Assembly: GCF_000143415.4 (NCBI RefSeq)
Contig: NW_003314393.1
Location: forward strand, 322,169-386,168
Length of the DNA: 64,000 nt
Direction of reading: 5' to 3'
Source: Selaginella moellendorffii
Taxonomy: Eukaryota; Plantae; Lycopodiophyta
The position numbers and the translations under genes are program-made. The notes below the pieces were generated by a model. That model was not told the origin of the DNA, did no database searches, and saw only the letters and a program-made list of their open reading frames with translations. This document shows, piece after piece, positions 1 to 12,910 of this stretch. The stretch's first letter is position 1. Each line of letters opens with the position of its first letter.

Positions 1-2695
1 TTTAGTTTCGACTAAGTGTTGGTCATATATAGCTAGCCTCTTCAAGGCATGCTCAAAGCTATTGACTAGATGTGTTGGTGAGTTTATTGCGGTTGAGTTG
101 GATTTGAGTGGTCATTTAATTTATGCTTGTCCATGAAACTTTATCTCATACTTGGGGTATTATGTTTATATTGGACAAGTATATGACTCGATAGCATGAG
201 TTTAGTGTTGGGTCTTGTGAAGGCAAGTTGAAGAGTGATTGTTGGTTGCTTTGCAACTAATGATTGCTTATAGACTTTGTCGAGGACTCTTGACACTTGC
301 TTCACTTGATGATGATTCAGCAATGATAGGATTGCTTTACCGAATGGTGTTGCGAAGGATCGTGTCGTTAAACTTACATGGGTTTTCTATGTTGGCATGT
401 CGACTTTACTTTTGTCGATGTCTTTGGTTGCGTTTAGTCTGTAGTGTTGAATTTCATTAAGTCTTGGACATGGTGAATCACTTCTTGATGACATGTTATC
501 TATAGCTGAGTATTGTCGAAGGTTTAGTCTTGGATACTGAGTAAGGTATCTTCGACTTTGGTTAACTTGGGTTGCTAGAGGGCTTTGAGTGGTGATTCAC
601 TTTTGCTTTCTTCTAGCTTTGTTATGGTGTTGATGGCATTGAAGTGATGCCTTGTCATTGATATTATTGATGTTGAGATTCAAGTGAGATGAGATGTCTA
701 TCCTTAGGGTTAATATTGAGTTTCATTACTCTCGATATAGATAGTGTTGATGATTTGGCCATGACTTTGTGTTATTAGCATTCGTGCATTTGTTAGTTTG
801 CAACTATGTTGACGTTCAAATGAACTAAGTGGCAAATTTGAGTTAGTTGTGTTTTAGACGAGATTATTTAGTAAGGGTTGAGCTCTAGCTTTTCCTTGAA
901 AAGTGATTCAGTCATGACTATGCTAACTCTACAAGCGAAAGAGTTAGTGATCGATATTGGAAAGTTTGAATCCTTATTAGGTTTGAGTTGGAATATATCG
1001 ATCCTTGATGATTCTTCTTGTGCTTGTTATGAAGTTTACGTCTTGCTATAGATGGATTCATAGAAAATCGTTTGGTGATCATTTGTCGAGCATAGCTTTG
1101 TTATGCTTAACTTTTGGATTGATGCAAACATGCTCTTCATTAGCTTTGGCATTATAAAGTCTAGCTTATGAATGTGTTGAGGAAGATATTATGGGTTGCA
1201 CCATGGTTTCTTCTTTAGCATTGAAGTTAATTTATGCAAAACTTGTGATCATTGTTAGGCACACCTTAGCTATAGGCTTCTTTGAGTTTTTGGTTCCTTG
1301 AGTTTTTTTATGCTCATTGCCCCATTTGCTAGGAGTTATTGGGGAAGGCATTTTGGCTTATTAGCTTCAATGTTGAAGTTGGCTTTTGCATCTAGCAATC
1401 ATTGGTGAAGATTGACTATCATCTAGGATAGTTGATTATCCTTGTCAAAAGGTTTTACTTGATTATTGTTGGTATAGAATGAATTGTTGTTCTTCGGGAT
1501 GGTATATTCTTTCTTATACAACGATTATGCATCTCTTTATTGATGGGATGATTGATGATCTTTTATGATAGTTAGTTGTTCTCTTTGATGGGTTTTGGTT
1601 TTTCGCAATACCACATATTTCTTATGGTTTACTCTAGATTGGTCTCTTGGGTTTAAGACGTTAGTAGAATGTGGCTGACACTTGCTTAGGCAACTTGAGT
1701 TCCTTTGTATTGTTGACTGAGATCTATTTAGTTTGGCTAGTGCGATGGTTGGCATGAATGCTATGTTTGTTGGTTTTGAAACATTCATTCTGTTATGTTG
1801 ATCATTGTTGAGTTCGTTCTGATAGATTGGGATGTTATTTCCTTCGGGTGATACATTTGCGAGCATTTTGCTTGCCAGTCGATGATACTTTGTGTTCTTT
1901 GAGTTCTCTTTCGTAAGTTGTTTGGCATTCTGTCTGCAATCTTCTATAGTTAAGTTTTCATTATTGAGTTTCCTTGATGATACACTGGCTATTGAATTTT
2001 GTTGGATGGTGCTTCCTATGTTTACCAATTATGATGATCTTGGTGGTTCCTATACTATAATACTAGTTTATCGGATGATAACTTCTTTAGAATACTTTTG
2101 TGTTCTAATCTAAGATTTATTCACTGATAATTATAACCCTAAGATATCATTGTCTATGACTTTGATATTGTCCATCTATTGATCTTTGAGTTTGGGCCAG
2201 TATTGGGCAGACTGGCTTCAGCACTTCGTGTGCATGTTGAAATTTCTAGTCATGGGGTAGCTACTGTCGACTGGTCACATAACCCACCTCTCTGTCGATG
2301 TTCCTTATTCTGTTGAAAGGGCGTGACCGTGTAAACAACTCTAATTGCCTGTTTACAGTAGTCTATCTAAACCTTACCGACGGGTTTAGTTTCTTTGCTT
2401 ATGAGGGTTGGGGCCTTTGGCTTCTCTTTCTATGTCCCTGCAGGCAGGGGCGTATCACACTTTTGTAAGCTGGGTGACACCCAGAGCAGCAAGGGTGGCT
2501 GACTCCATTGGTCATTTCCTAAGATGGTAGCGCATCCGTGTTAGACAAAGAGGTTGCCTCCTAACTCATTTAAGTTGGTACATTTCTCACATAGTGTGAA
2601 TACTGTGAACTTTTTTTCTAGAGTTGTTTCCTTGGCGGTATTCTAGACTCGAGTGTGCATCGACGAGGACGTCGATCTTCCCTAGGGGGGGAGAG
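1..2695 (+). mobile_element. 3' internal region of an LTR retrotransposon ending in a polypurine tract (2684-2695)
   Basis: Degenerate T/G-skewed sequence with no credible ORF. It ends in AGGGGGGGAGAG immediately before a TG-starting repeat that recurs elsewhere in the window. Confidence 0.6.
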
Positions 2696-3599
2696 TGTCG
2701 CGAATGTGACTTCGGGTATTGAAAGTTACCTGTCAGCTAGTCCTTACGGACACTCTTACCTTATTGCCACAATGGCAAGAGGTCGGTATTGCTAGACCCG
2801 TTATCAGTTTCCCACTTGAGCTAGTTGAGAAACTGGTCAATGACCGTGTACTTAGATCGGATAAACATAAGGTATGAACCCTATGTGTTTCTTGCTGAGC
2901 ATACTCGGCCTGCTTTGAGAAACTCCTGTCATTGGCTTGCACTTGCTAGTGTCAAGAACCCCCACGATATTGAGATTGGTCCCTTAATATCGCTAAATGA
3001 CAGCTTACCGTGTCTGCCAAACACCCTCACTATCATACCCTTAATGTTGGTCTCATTTTGGTCCCAAATGCTATTTATGGAAAGGGTCCAGATTTGCACA
3101 TTTGGCATATCTATGGAATGTAGAGATCGTCCTGAACACAATAGTGTTCGTCCCGTGTCCAAATTCACAATCTAAGAACATTCCATATTTAATAAGTTTC
3201 GAGCTTGTCCCAGAGACTAACTCCTGATACTAAGGGAGGCTTGGGGTGAAAGCCCAAAGCATGTGTTCCTCAAGGGGGGGGGGGGCTGTGGGGGGTTCCA
3301 AATGTATAGTAGGGATAGTGGGTAGGTCGGGTATGGTCGACCAACCTGAGGCATAGTCTAGCTCCCACTTGCGTGCCTGTCCTTGTTTTGCGTCCGGCTT
3401 GGGTCTAAGCCCAAGCTCCACACCATGCTAGCTGGTGGAGTACCCATGTCCTCGCGTTAGGCCACCGGTATGCCGAAATAGCGCCAGACTTCGTTTTGCT
3501 CTGTTTTGCGTGCTGGTCCAGAGAGTTTAGGTTCCGCTTCATGGTGTTATCCCATGGTAAATCACCATAGGATAAAGGGTCAAAACCACGTGTGCTACA
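2696..3599 (+). repeat. LTR family A (3' LTR, TG...CA)
   Basis: Starts TGTCGCGAATGTGAC after the PPT and ends GTGCTACA. Homologous copies at 10902, 13804-14886, 35157-36148, ~41840-42320 and 62025-62984. Confidence 0.8.
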
Positions 3600-3719
3600 G
3601 GTTATCACATCAAGCAATCACCATGATGCGAGAGGCAAAAGGCACTCCCTACTCTTTGGTTTCCAAGGTTAAGGAGGAATCAAAAATAGATGAGCCCCCT
3701 GAGCCCAAGGTTTCTCCAG

Positions 3720-6050
3720 ACTCCAGGGTTCATGCCATTTTCCTAGGTGATGACAAGGACCCAGTCTTTATCGCCACATTGCTTGCTTCAACGAACGCAA
3801 CAAAGCTCTTGGATCTCCTTCACTGTTTCAAGGACGTGTTCCCTTGGGACTACAGCCAGCTTCTAGGAGTTCCCATGGACACGATCATGCACAGTATTAT
3901 GCTTTCAGAGTCAGCCAAACCAGTCTGTTAAAAGATGTGGCGTTTTAGCCCGGCAGCTCACTCCGAGATGACGTTGGAGATCGAGCGACTTCTGGCAGCC
4001 GGCTTTATTTACCCCTTGGAGAGCTCCAAGTGGGTGGCAAATCTCGTCCTTGCATGCAAGGCAAATGGAAAACTTCGCCTCTACGTTGACTTTCGAGACT
4101 TGAACAAGGCAACTTCAAAAGATCACTTTTCGACTCCATTTATCGATGCGATTGTGGATGAGATGGCTGGACACTGGTACTACTCTTTCATGGATGGCTT
4201 TTCAGGGTACAACCAGATCTTCATTCATCCGGATCATTGAGATCTTATGGCCTTCTAGACACCTTGGGGTGTCTTTGCTTTCAATGTCCTCCCATTTGGC
4301 TTGTGTAATGCCGGAGCTACTTTTCAGCGCTTTATGACCCACGCCTTTCACAACTTGATTGAAGGCACCTTGAGGGTGTATATGGATGATCTGTGCACGA
4401 CCTTTTACTCCTTTGAGGATCACCTTATGCACTTGGAACAGATCTTCACTTGCTGCCGACAACACAGGTTTTCATTGAACCCGGCAAAATGTAAATTTAG
4501 GGTGATTGAAGGCTGGTTACTAGGCTTTGATGTCTCACAGGATGGGATCAAGCCCCAAGTAGCCAAGGTGCAGGAGATTCTAGATCATAACCCACCAACC
4601 AACTTGAAGCAGCTTCGCAGCTTCCTCGGGCAAACGGGTTTCTTTCGCCGTTTCCTCCACAACTATGCTGCATATACACGGCCTTTGATAGCTCTACTAC
4701 AACACAATGTTCCATTTGTCTAGGGTGAGTCCCAGCAACAAGCCTTTGAATCACTGAAGTAGTCACTCCGCACAGCCCCGGTACTCCAACCACCAGAGCG
4801 TCAACTTCCTTTTGACATTTACATCACAATGGGTACAGAGGCTTTTGGAGTATGCCTTTGCCAATGTTCACAGCCTGGCAAACCACCACATGCAACATAC
4901 TATGCCTCACATTCATTTAAGGAGACTGAGAAGAAGTACGTGGATGCGGAATAAGAAGCAGTGGTTGTTGTTTACACCTTGCTGTGTACACCTTGGATTC
5001 AGGTTAGTTCCCAACAGATTCCTCACCCGTGAAACAAAAGGCATTGGAGATCCAAGCATGGGGGTTTTGCCTTCTCGACGGACACCTTTATAGGAGGACT
5101 TCTCAGGAAGTTTTGTTGCAGTGTGTGGGGGAACACGAGGTCCTTGAGCTCCTTTGCGCTTTCCACTCTTGTGCGGGGCATTTCTCGGGATAGGTCACAG
5201 CACAGCTCCTCTTGCGCCATGGCTACTTTTGGCCTCGGATTCACCAGGACAGCTTGGCCTATGCAAAGGCGTGTGAGCAGTGCCAACGGTTCAACCCCCG
5301 GAGCCATGTTCCACATCTTCCTTTCCAGCTCATCACTTCTCTGGGTCCCTTTTTCCAGTGGGGACTTGACTTCGTCGGCCCGATAAACCCACCGAGCTCA
5401 AAAGGACAGCGATACATCATCGTGGCAATGGACTATTTCACAAAATGGGTTGAGGCCACCCCTCTACGACAGCCAGATCAACAGTCTACAGCAAAGTTTG
5501 TCTACGAGTACATCATTTGCTGATTTAGAGTTCCTGCTGTTTTGATTTCCGATCGCGGCAACGGCTTCCTTAGATAGGTGATGCAGCATCTTCTCCAGCA
5601 GTTGCAGGTCAAGCACATGAAGAGTAGCAGCTATTATCTTGAGTGCAATGGCCAGGCAAAGTCCAGCAACAAGATATTGAAGACAGTCATCTCAAAGCTT
5701 GTGGAGGATCACCCAAGGCACTGGCACGAGCACTTGGTTACGGCATTGTGGGCCTTTCAGACCCCCTTCAAGACATCCATCTCTGCAACCCCATTCTCCC
5801 TTGTCTATGGGATAGAGGCCATGCTTTCAGTGGAGATCCAGGTGCCATCACTCTCACTTTCACTTCGATACGCAGCAATAATGCAGCTTAGCGATGGGGA
5901 CAAGCTTCATGCACGTGACTTGGAGGTTCTTGCCTTGAAAGAATAGCAACGATCCACATTGGAACATCTACTTTGAGGCAAGCTGAAGATCAAGTCAGTC
6001 ATTGATCACCAACGTTCTGCCAAACCATTCCAGAATGGCGATCTTGTTCT
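3720..6050 (+). pseudogene. Ty3/Gypsy (Athila/Tat-like) pol remnant: RT, RNase H, integrase
   Basis: RT motifs LRLYVDFRDLNKA, FMDGFSGYNQI, YMDD. Integrase motifs GYFWP..CEQCQR and WGLDFVGPI..YIIVAMDYFTKWVEA. Multiple stops and frameshifts. Confidence 0.9.
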
Positions 6051-6964
6051 ACTTAAGGTGTTTACACAGCGAGAGCAGGTGGTTACTAGGTACAGGTTAC
6101 AAGTCCCCAGTTACTGGTTACTAGTTACCAGTTACCAGTTACCAGCTACTCCCAGTGGTCAGCGCTTACTCTACAGGCCAATGGTTATCAATGGCCACCT
6201 TTTCAGAGTGCCACCACCATCTTGGTGCTCCACCATATCACTCCATCTTTCATCATTTCCACACTTACCACCCTTGGGCAACAGATCCTCTCTTCTACCT
6301 CTCTTTCTTTCTCAATTTCAGCCTATCCTTGGAGCATACCAGAAGTCATCAAAAGGCTACATTTGCATATTACACTTTCCTGAGCCAAAATCTAGGTATA
6401 GGTTAAGTTCTTTGGGTGCTCACTCTTTTTCCTCTATTTTCCTTCTATTTTCACACTTTTTCTACACTTTTCTTCAACTTCAAGGTTCTGTTTGACTACA
6501 GGATTTCCCACCGGGTTTTCCTCCCTATCTCCAAACTTCACACCTACCTCTTTTCTTTCTTTTCCACTTTGTTTTCTAGAGTTTCTACTATTTCACGTAG
6601 CTACCAGCACCCTAAACCCATCAGTAGCAGAGGTACACTCTACACTCTTCAGACGGTTCTCACGCATCTGGAGCGAGCACGATCCACCGTGGTTGCATGT
6701 TAGGGCATGGCCACCGAGAGAGTGAAAGAGAGAGAGGGAATATTCTAGTCCTCAAAATATTCCCCATCTTCTTTGTATAAAACCCTTGCCCCACAAGGGC
6801 AAGGGGGGGCATTTTGCAAAGGGCGTTGAAGCATTTCTCGTGTTTAAGCGAGCCTTGGGGGAAGCACCCCTCCTTCCCCCAACAAAGGCAGTAAGGTGTT
6901 CCGCCGCTCACTTGATGAAAAGATCACTCGCACAAAGATGAGATCACCCACTTTATATTCTCTG

Positions 6965-7740
6965 AATTAATGATGCTCATTAGCAAACTTCTCTGCTTTA
7001 TCCTAAGCTGCCTACAAATTCCATTTGCACACCACCAGAATCTCATCAAGTTCTGTGGCCAAATTAGTCGCCTCAAAATCAAGCTTATCTTGAATTTCCT
7101 TACTCAAATCCAATCCCAACTCCACCACTATTTGGGGATGCCTTCCAAACATGGCAAAGTAAGGACTTAGTTTGGTTCCACTGTATTGGCTATTATTGTA
7201 AGCAAATTGCACCAATGGAAGATAAAGAACTCACTATCCTGGCTTTTGACCAATGCTACAATGTAACATATCCTCCACCACCTGATTTACACATTTAGTT
7301 TGCCCATCCGTTTAAGGATTATCTCCACTCGAGAGTTTCAAAGTCACTTGCATAGCCTTTGTAAAGCTCTTCCAAAATCCACTGGTGAACTTTGAAACTT
7401 GATCACTAATAATGTCCTTCGAGAAACCAAAATCAGGAAAAAACCTTCTCCAAATAAACCGCAACCAAGTCTAAAGTAGTGATAATCTTCTGAAGAGCCA
7501 ACAATGGCATATACTTCGTCAACTAATCCACTATGACCCATCCTTGCTCTTTTTGCCTTTGTGTTTGTAGCAAACAAGTGATGAAATCCATAAAGATACT
7601 ACACCAACAGCTCTACGGAATAGGTAAAAGTTGCAAAAATCCCCCCCGGCTTCTCCCATGGCACTTTAACCTGCTGACAAAGCTTGCATGATTTACAATA
7701 CTTGAGGATATCAATTTTCATATTCCTCCAATAAAAATTG
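6965..7740 (-). pseudogene. Degenerate Ty3/Gypsy integrase fragment
   Basis: VQFAYNNSQYSGTKLSPYFAMFGRHP. Reverse-strand homolog of 11990-12300. Confidence 0.8.
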
Positions 7741-7744
7741 AGGT

Positions 7745-7935
7745 TTAGTCTCCCTAGACCATGCTATGCCACTTCTTGAGGTTCCTCACCACCCAACCAC
7801 CCCCGAGCTACCTCCAAAGCTCCACTATACTGCCATTCCACTATGAGCCCTAGGGTAGGTTAAGTCCTAACATGCCTTAATATACCTTTTAGCCTCCCTT
7901 TGACCAATGTTGACCACATGGTCAAAGCCTTATAT
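7745..7935 (-). repeat. Short LTR family B fragment
   Basis: Core GAGGTTCCTCACCACCCAACCACCCCCGAGCTACC shared with 12678-12910, 42783-42998 and 43687-43898. Confidence 0.7.
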
Positions 7936-8459
7936 TGGTAGCCAAGGACATTTACAGACAACAGCAACAAACTACAACCACCCGAGCAAAAGGAAAGAAG
8001 AAGGTGATTGTTTAGTCAGTCAAAGATCCCTTGATATCAATTGCAAGTGACTCTCTATTTGCACCAAATTTAGTAACATAGTGAGTGGCTTGTAAACTCC
8101 CCTTCAAGTCACTACTCTCATCTCCTCCTAGGATCTAGCTTAGGTAGATTTTGAACTTATGAGTTGAGCTTACGACTTCTCAAACACAAGAAAAACATTG
8201 GCTCATCTTAAACCAACATTTTTTCATCTTTCCAATTTTGATTTAATCTATATTTCCAAGTAAATTCAACCAATAAAATACAAATATAAATATAGATCCA
8301 AACATTAAAAGCAATCTAAAAACACTTCTCAAGCTCCACAATTGTAAGGCTTGCTTGTGGATGTGATGGTTGATCTTAGGATCTTGGTTTAGTTCTTGCA
8401 TATAAAGGTATTAAATGTGCTTGCAGGCTAAATATATCTTTCCAATGTTCTCCATTTAT

Positions 8460-10264
8460 CAATGGGGTTTTATTTAGTTTAGCCTCTATAAACCATAGAG
8501 TCCGATTTCGACATGCTCGAAACCGGGAAAGAGCTCTTCAAGATTTTTAGGGGGGGTGGGACGAGGGGGACGAAGTAGAACTGGTACTCGAGCCCGTGAT
8601 GTCTGAGCTCCAAGCTTTCGAAGTTCCTGATGTGGAACTCTGTCGACTCGGGGAGGTACACGTGCTTTCGTTCCTGAACATGTGCTGCCAAATCCATATT
8701 GGTGGCTTCCACGTCCATTCTTCTTCTCCAGCCTCGCTTCTTCCTCTAAAAAACAGCCACAGCTTCTTCTCCTTCGCTATCTTCCCTTCCTCGCCTCGTT
8801 TGATCAGCGTGTCCAGGCGGGCCGCGAGTGAGACGATCAGTCTGGACCAAACCTTTGAGATAGTTGCTCGAGCCGAGGGGTCCGTGTCCTCGAACAGCCT
8901 GGCGCAGCGAGCCTTCCATATCTCTGCTAGTGTGCATCCCCGAAGCGCATCAAAGAGCTCCTGGTGGAGGTGCGTAATGTGTGTCCGAGTTTGGTTGAGT
9001 TGATCAAAGTGTGGGGCCTCATTGTGTCTCCACTTCCATGCATCAGGATTCTTTGTTTTTCCTTGGATGAAGCTACCCCAGAGTGCTGATTCGTATGTGA
9101 TTGCAGCTCCTCCGGTTGACGTTTGTTTGAGCACCGCTGCTGCACCTTCCCATACTTCCTGTGCTGCCGGACATTCCCATAAGATGTGTCGCTGTGTTTC
9201 TGTGGCGCCACAGGTCTTGCAGGCTGTGTTCGGAAGATGTATGGCAACCAGGGAGGGAAGACGTTCTTGTTGGGCCAGCCACATGAAGTAGCGGTTCTTA
9301 GCTGACCAGCGCCCTTTCCAGATCTTGTTGATGCAGTGTGAGTGGTTCCTGGAACGGATCTGTTGGGCCTTTGCTTTCCGGATGAGGGAGGATCGAGTTG
9401 GCACCCTGATCAGCTTGCGGCCCAGCTTGGTCTCGTACTGGAAGAAGTCCTTGCACGTGGTTCCCCTCCAATGCCACTCTGCAGGATCCCACTTGAGTTC
9501 GTCCAGGGTTTGTTGGCGGAACCAGTAGAGGCGGGCATATTGGTTTTTTGGGATCAGTGGATCAACGTTGGCAGTTTTTTTCTCCATTTGAATCACTCTG
9601 ATCGGTTTGGCCCTGCTCATGTCGGGGAGGTCCTCGTACTCGGGGGTAACGATGGGGTACAAGCGTCCAGCCTGTCCTGCCTTGAAGACTAGTCCCGATG
9701 CCATGTTGGGGAGGGTGCATACGATCGATTCGTCCAGCTTCCACCAACGATGGTGTTGATCCTCTTGCAGGTTTAGTCGTTCAAGGCATGCGTGTTTGGC
9801 TGCTAAAAAGGCTGTCTGGAATTTACGCATCCTGTGTTCTGAGATGGTTAATCCGTAGAAAGTACTGATGCGGTCGCGATTGTGGGCCGTCTGGTTGGGC
9901 TGGATCATGGTGTCTGCCTCTGCGAAGGTTCTCATCCCTGCTCGGTGCAGGTCTCTGCATGTCTGGTCCAGGCCGCGATCCTCTGAAGCTCCGAGCGTTT
10001 TACCGTTGACCGCGAAGAGTTTGCTTAGGAAAATTGGCTGCCGGTCCAGTTGTTCTTTGGTACGAGGTGGTTTACGTTCCAGCTTGCACTTGAATTGCCT
10101 CCAGAGCTTGAACAGCTTTCCTGAGAACGTGTGAGCCTTTGTCATTTTGAGTTTGGTGTCTGAGAAGAGCCATTGTTCGTCTGGCGCCCAGTTTTGTCTG
10201 GTGTGCTCGTTCCTGTCCGGGAGGACTTTCAAAAATTGTGCTCGCAGCAGTATTCTCCATGGTT
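8460..10264 (-). mobile_element. 5'-truncated L1-type LINE insertion with 16-bp TSD
   Basis: AATGTTCTCCATTTAT is duplicated at 8444-8459 and 10265-10280. The uninterrupted homolog near 24115-24130 has the site once. Confidence 0.85.
8547..10232 (-). CDS. LINE ORF2 C-terminal portion (zf-RVT zinc knuckle)
   Basis: 561-aa open frame with KNRYFMWLAQQERL...CKTCGATETQRHILWECPAAQEVW and IWKARCARLF. Confidence 0.8.
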   Translation of the reverse strand: MKVLPDRNEHTRQNWAPDEQWLFSDTKLKMTKAHTFSGKLFKLWRQFKCKLERKPPRTKEQLDRQPIFLSKLFAVNGKTLGASEDRGLDQTCRDLHRAGMRTFAEADTMIQPNQTAHNRDRISTFYGLTISEHRMRKFQTAFLAAKHACLERLNLQEDQHHRWWKLDESIVCTLPNMASGLVFKAGQAGRLYPIVTPEYEDLPDMSRAKPIRVIQMEKKTANVDPLIPKNQYARLYWFRQQTLDELKWDPAEWHWRGTTCKDFFQYETKLGRKLIRVPTRSSLIRKAKAQQIRSRNHSHCINKIWKGRWSAKNRYFMWLAQQERLPSLVAIHLPNTACKTCGATETQRHILWECPAAQEVWEGAAAVLKQTSTGGAAITYESALWGSFIQGKTKNPDAWKWRHNEAPHFDQLNQTRTHITHLHQELFDALRGCTLAEIWKARCARLFEDTDPSARATISKVWSRLIVSLAARLDTLIKRGEEGKIAKEKKLWLFFRGRSEAGEEEWTWKPPIWIWQHMFRNESTCTSPSRQSSTSGTSKAWSSDITGSSTSSTSSPSSHPP

Positions 10265-10901
10265 AATGTTCTCCATTTATGTAAAATCTGGACAGGTACA
10301 AGATGGATTTTTGTATATTCTAAAAGTGTAGCTCATATCTTTTGACAACTCAATCACAACAACAAACTCTTTAACCATAGCATTGATGTAATTTGTCTTT
10401 GTGATTGTGCACTTTAATTCGTTTGCCAGCTTGATCTTTTCTTGCATACCTTTCAAAATGGAAGACTTATATTATACAGCCTTCCCATTCCTAGCTGGTC
10501 GTGTATGCTGGTCTAGTGTTGACATTGGTGGCATAATAGTATCAATAGCAACATTTGAGGAAGTCTTCAGCTTGAAACCTACTCCCTCTAGACTTTCAAT
10601 CTCTTTTTTCAAAAGATTGCAGCTTCACTTAGCAGCTTCACAGAATCCGGCTTTAAAATAATTGAGCTGTGGATCCCACTTGTATGAGTAACAATAGTTC
10701 CACAATAGTAAATCCAACTTGACTGACAGCCCTTTATCCCTAGATCTCGACAGCCCTAGAAACATGGCATTGCTAAAGAACTTGAACTTATGCGAGACAC
10801 TGAGCTCGACTCCTAATCATTCCGGAGCAACGTGCATTGCTTTTGGCACTGACTCTTTGAATTACCCAATTGATACAAGAAATTGGCTTACGAGTAATAA
10901 C

Positions 10902-11210
10902 TGTCGCAAATATAACTTTAGGTATCAAAAGTTACCTATCAGCTAGTCCTTTCAGATATTCTTTTCTTACTGCCATAATTGTAGGAGGTTGGTATTGCTA
11001 GACCCTTTATCAGTTCAAGTGTTAGTAAACTAGACTTTGCATTTATACTTGGCCGGACAAGCATAGGGAAAGAATTCCTAAGTGTCTATTTAGCCAAGCA
11101 TACTTGGCCCGGCTTATTAATTCTCTTTTGCTCTATCTTGCACTGGCTTGACAAAAACCCTTGCATATTGAGATTAATATCTTAATATTGTTGGATGATA
11201 GCTTACCATG
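10902..11210 (+). repeat. LTR family A 5' fragment
   Basis: TGTCGCAAATATAACTTTAGG... matches the start of 2696-3599. Confidence 0.75.
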
Positions 11211-11211
11211 C

Positions 11212-11985
11212 TGCAAGCGACTAAATTTTCCATTCTATTTTAGTCACTTAACCACACCTCCAACCACTTGGAGGAGTCTCACTCACAACCTCCCTAAGTC
11301 CCATTTTGGACTTGAACTTGCTAGCCCCGAGAATGGCATCCCTGCCACTCAACCTTTGTACTCGATCCAAGTGCTTCACGTGTCCGATCTCGTGACCGAC
11401 ACCCCAAGGTACCATTGACATATCAGCCTGTTACGCTAAGCCATGCCCCTTCACCTTGGTTACACCGATGGTCTAACACCACCTGCATCACAGTCCCGTC
11501 TCTCCAGGACAGGGCCATCCGTCCATGAGTGATCATTCCAGATCCACTCTTTAGCATCCTCAGGATGTCCACAGACACGGGGATTAGCCTTCCCCAATAC
11601 CCCTTTCCTAGTCCCCACCAAGTCCCTTTCTGCCCATGGCCGTGTTCGCCAACACTGCCACTAGATCGAGGCTCACATGCCCGACCACTAAGTCCCACGG
11701 TCCTTGGGGACTTCCTCACCACCCGACTGTATCTTTGGTCACTACACCAGAGGACTACTCCTCTTCCTTTCCACAGTCTGGGCCTTTGGGACAACATTTC
11801 GGAACACCGTGGCTTTACGCGGACCTCATGGGTATTCTCCCCGCCTTCCGCCTTTGGGTGCTCTAGCCATGGGCTTAGAGCGAGGTTCCATTGAGCTACG
11901 CCGAGTATCCAAGTAGGTAGTGCCACCCACATTTGGACTGGGAGCATCGGCCAGTCGATCTCCCAGGGGAACTAGAGCCAGCTCC
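11212..11985 (+). repeat. LTR family C fragment
   Basis: Highly similar to 38706-39475. Confidence 0.75.
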
Positions 11986-11989
11986 CCCG

Positions 11990-12910
11990 TGGTGGAGGAT
12001 ATACTACGTTGTAACATTGGTCAAAGGCAAGGACAATGGGATTTATATCTTCCGTTGATGCAATTTGCTTACAACAATAGCCAACACAGTGGAACTAGGC
12101 TAAGTCCTTACTTTGCCATATTTGGAAGGCATCCTCGAACAGCAGTGGAGTTGGGATTGCATTTGAGTAAAGACATTCAAGATAAGCTTGATTCCGAGGC
12201 AATTGATCTGACAACAGAATTTGATGAGATTCTGGTGGTGTGCAAACAGAATTTGCAAGCAGCTCAGGATAGAGCGGAGAAGTTTGCCAATGAGCATCGC
12301 CAATTCCGGGAATATAAGGTGGGTGATCTCATCTTTGTATGTGTGATCTTTCCGTCAAGTGAGCGGCAAAACACCTTGGTGCCTTTACGGACAGGGAAGA
12401 GTGATAAACTTTCCTATCGATATGCTGGTCCATATGAAGTGCTGGAGCACATTGGTAAAGCGGCTTATAGGGTGCAGTTGCCAGCTGGGGTGAAAATTCA
12501 TCCGGTATTTTATGTCAACCAATTGAAAGGTGTACTATCTCAAAGAGACAAGCCCAATGCCTCCTTGATGTATACGGTTGTGGACAATGGACCAGGAGCT
12601 TGAGCAGGGTTCCCTAGAAAGGGTGATCACTTGTACAACTTGTCCTTGGGACAAGGACTTTGTTGGGGGGGAAGAATTGTTAGGCACCATCTTTGACTAC
12701 ATGGTCAACATCGGTCAAAGGGAGGCTCAAGGGTATATTAAGGTATGTTAGGGTGGAGGACTTAACCTACCCTAGGGCTCACAGTGGAGCAGTGGCGCAG
12801 TGGAGCTTTTGAGGTAGCTCGGGGGTGGTTGGGTGGTGAGGAACCTTAAGAGGTGCCATAGCATAGTCTAGGGCAACTAGATTTTTGTCTTTTTGCGCTA
12901 GATCATAACA
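11990..12910 (+). mobile_element. Ty3/Gypsy 3' end: integrase C-terminus, PPT and LTR family B (12678-12910)
   Basis: WDLYLPLMQFAYNN and YAGPYEVLEHIGKAAYRVQLP..IHPVFYV. G-rich PPT at ~12665-12677, then TGTTAGG...CATAACA. Confidence 0.8.

Larger units (their letters stand above)
8142..10900 (-). mobile_element. Decayed partial copy of the Mutator-like element (right end and transposase C-terminus), interrupted by a LINE
   Basis: 8142-8459 and 10281-10900 are the reverse complement of ~23480-24454, including the terminus AGGTAGATTTTGAAC. Confidence 0.85.

Noticed and set aside
1537-2028. Antisense ORF in retrotransposon 3' region
   Set aside because: N/K/Q-rich frame explained by strand skew; no recognisable motif.
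6058-6725. Hydrophobic ORFs after the integrase
   Set aside because: Pyrimidine-rich low-complexity sequence with short GTTACCA repeats; no coding signal I can support.
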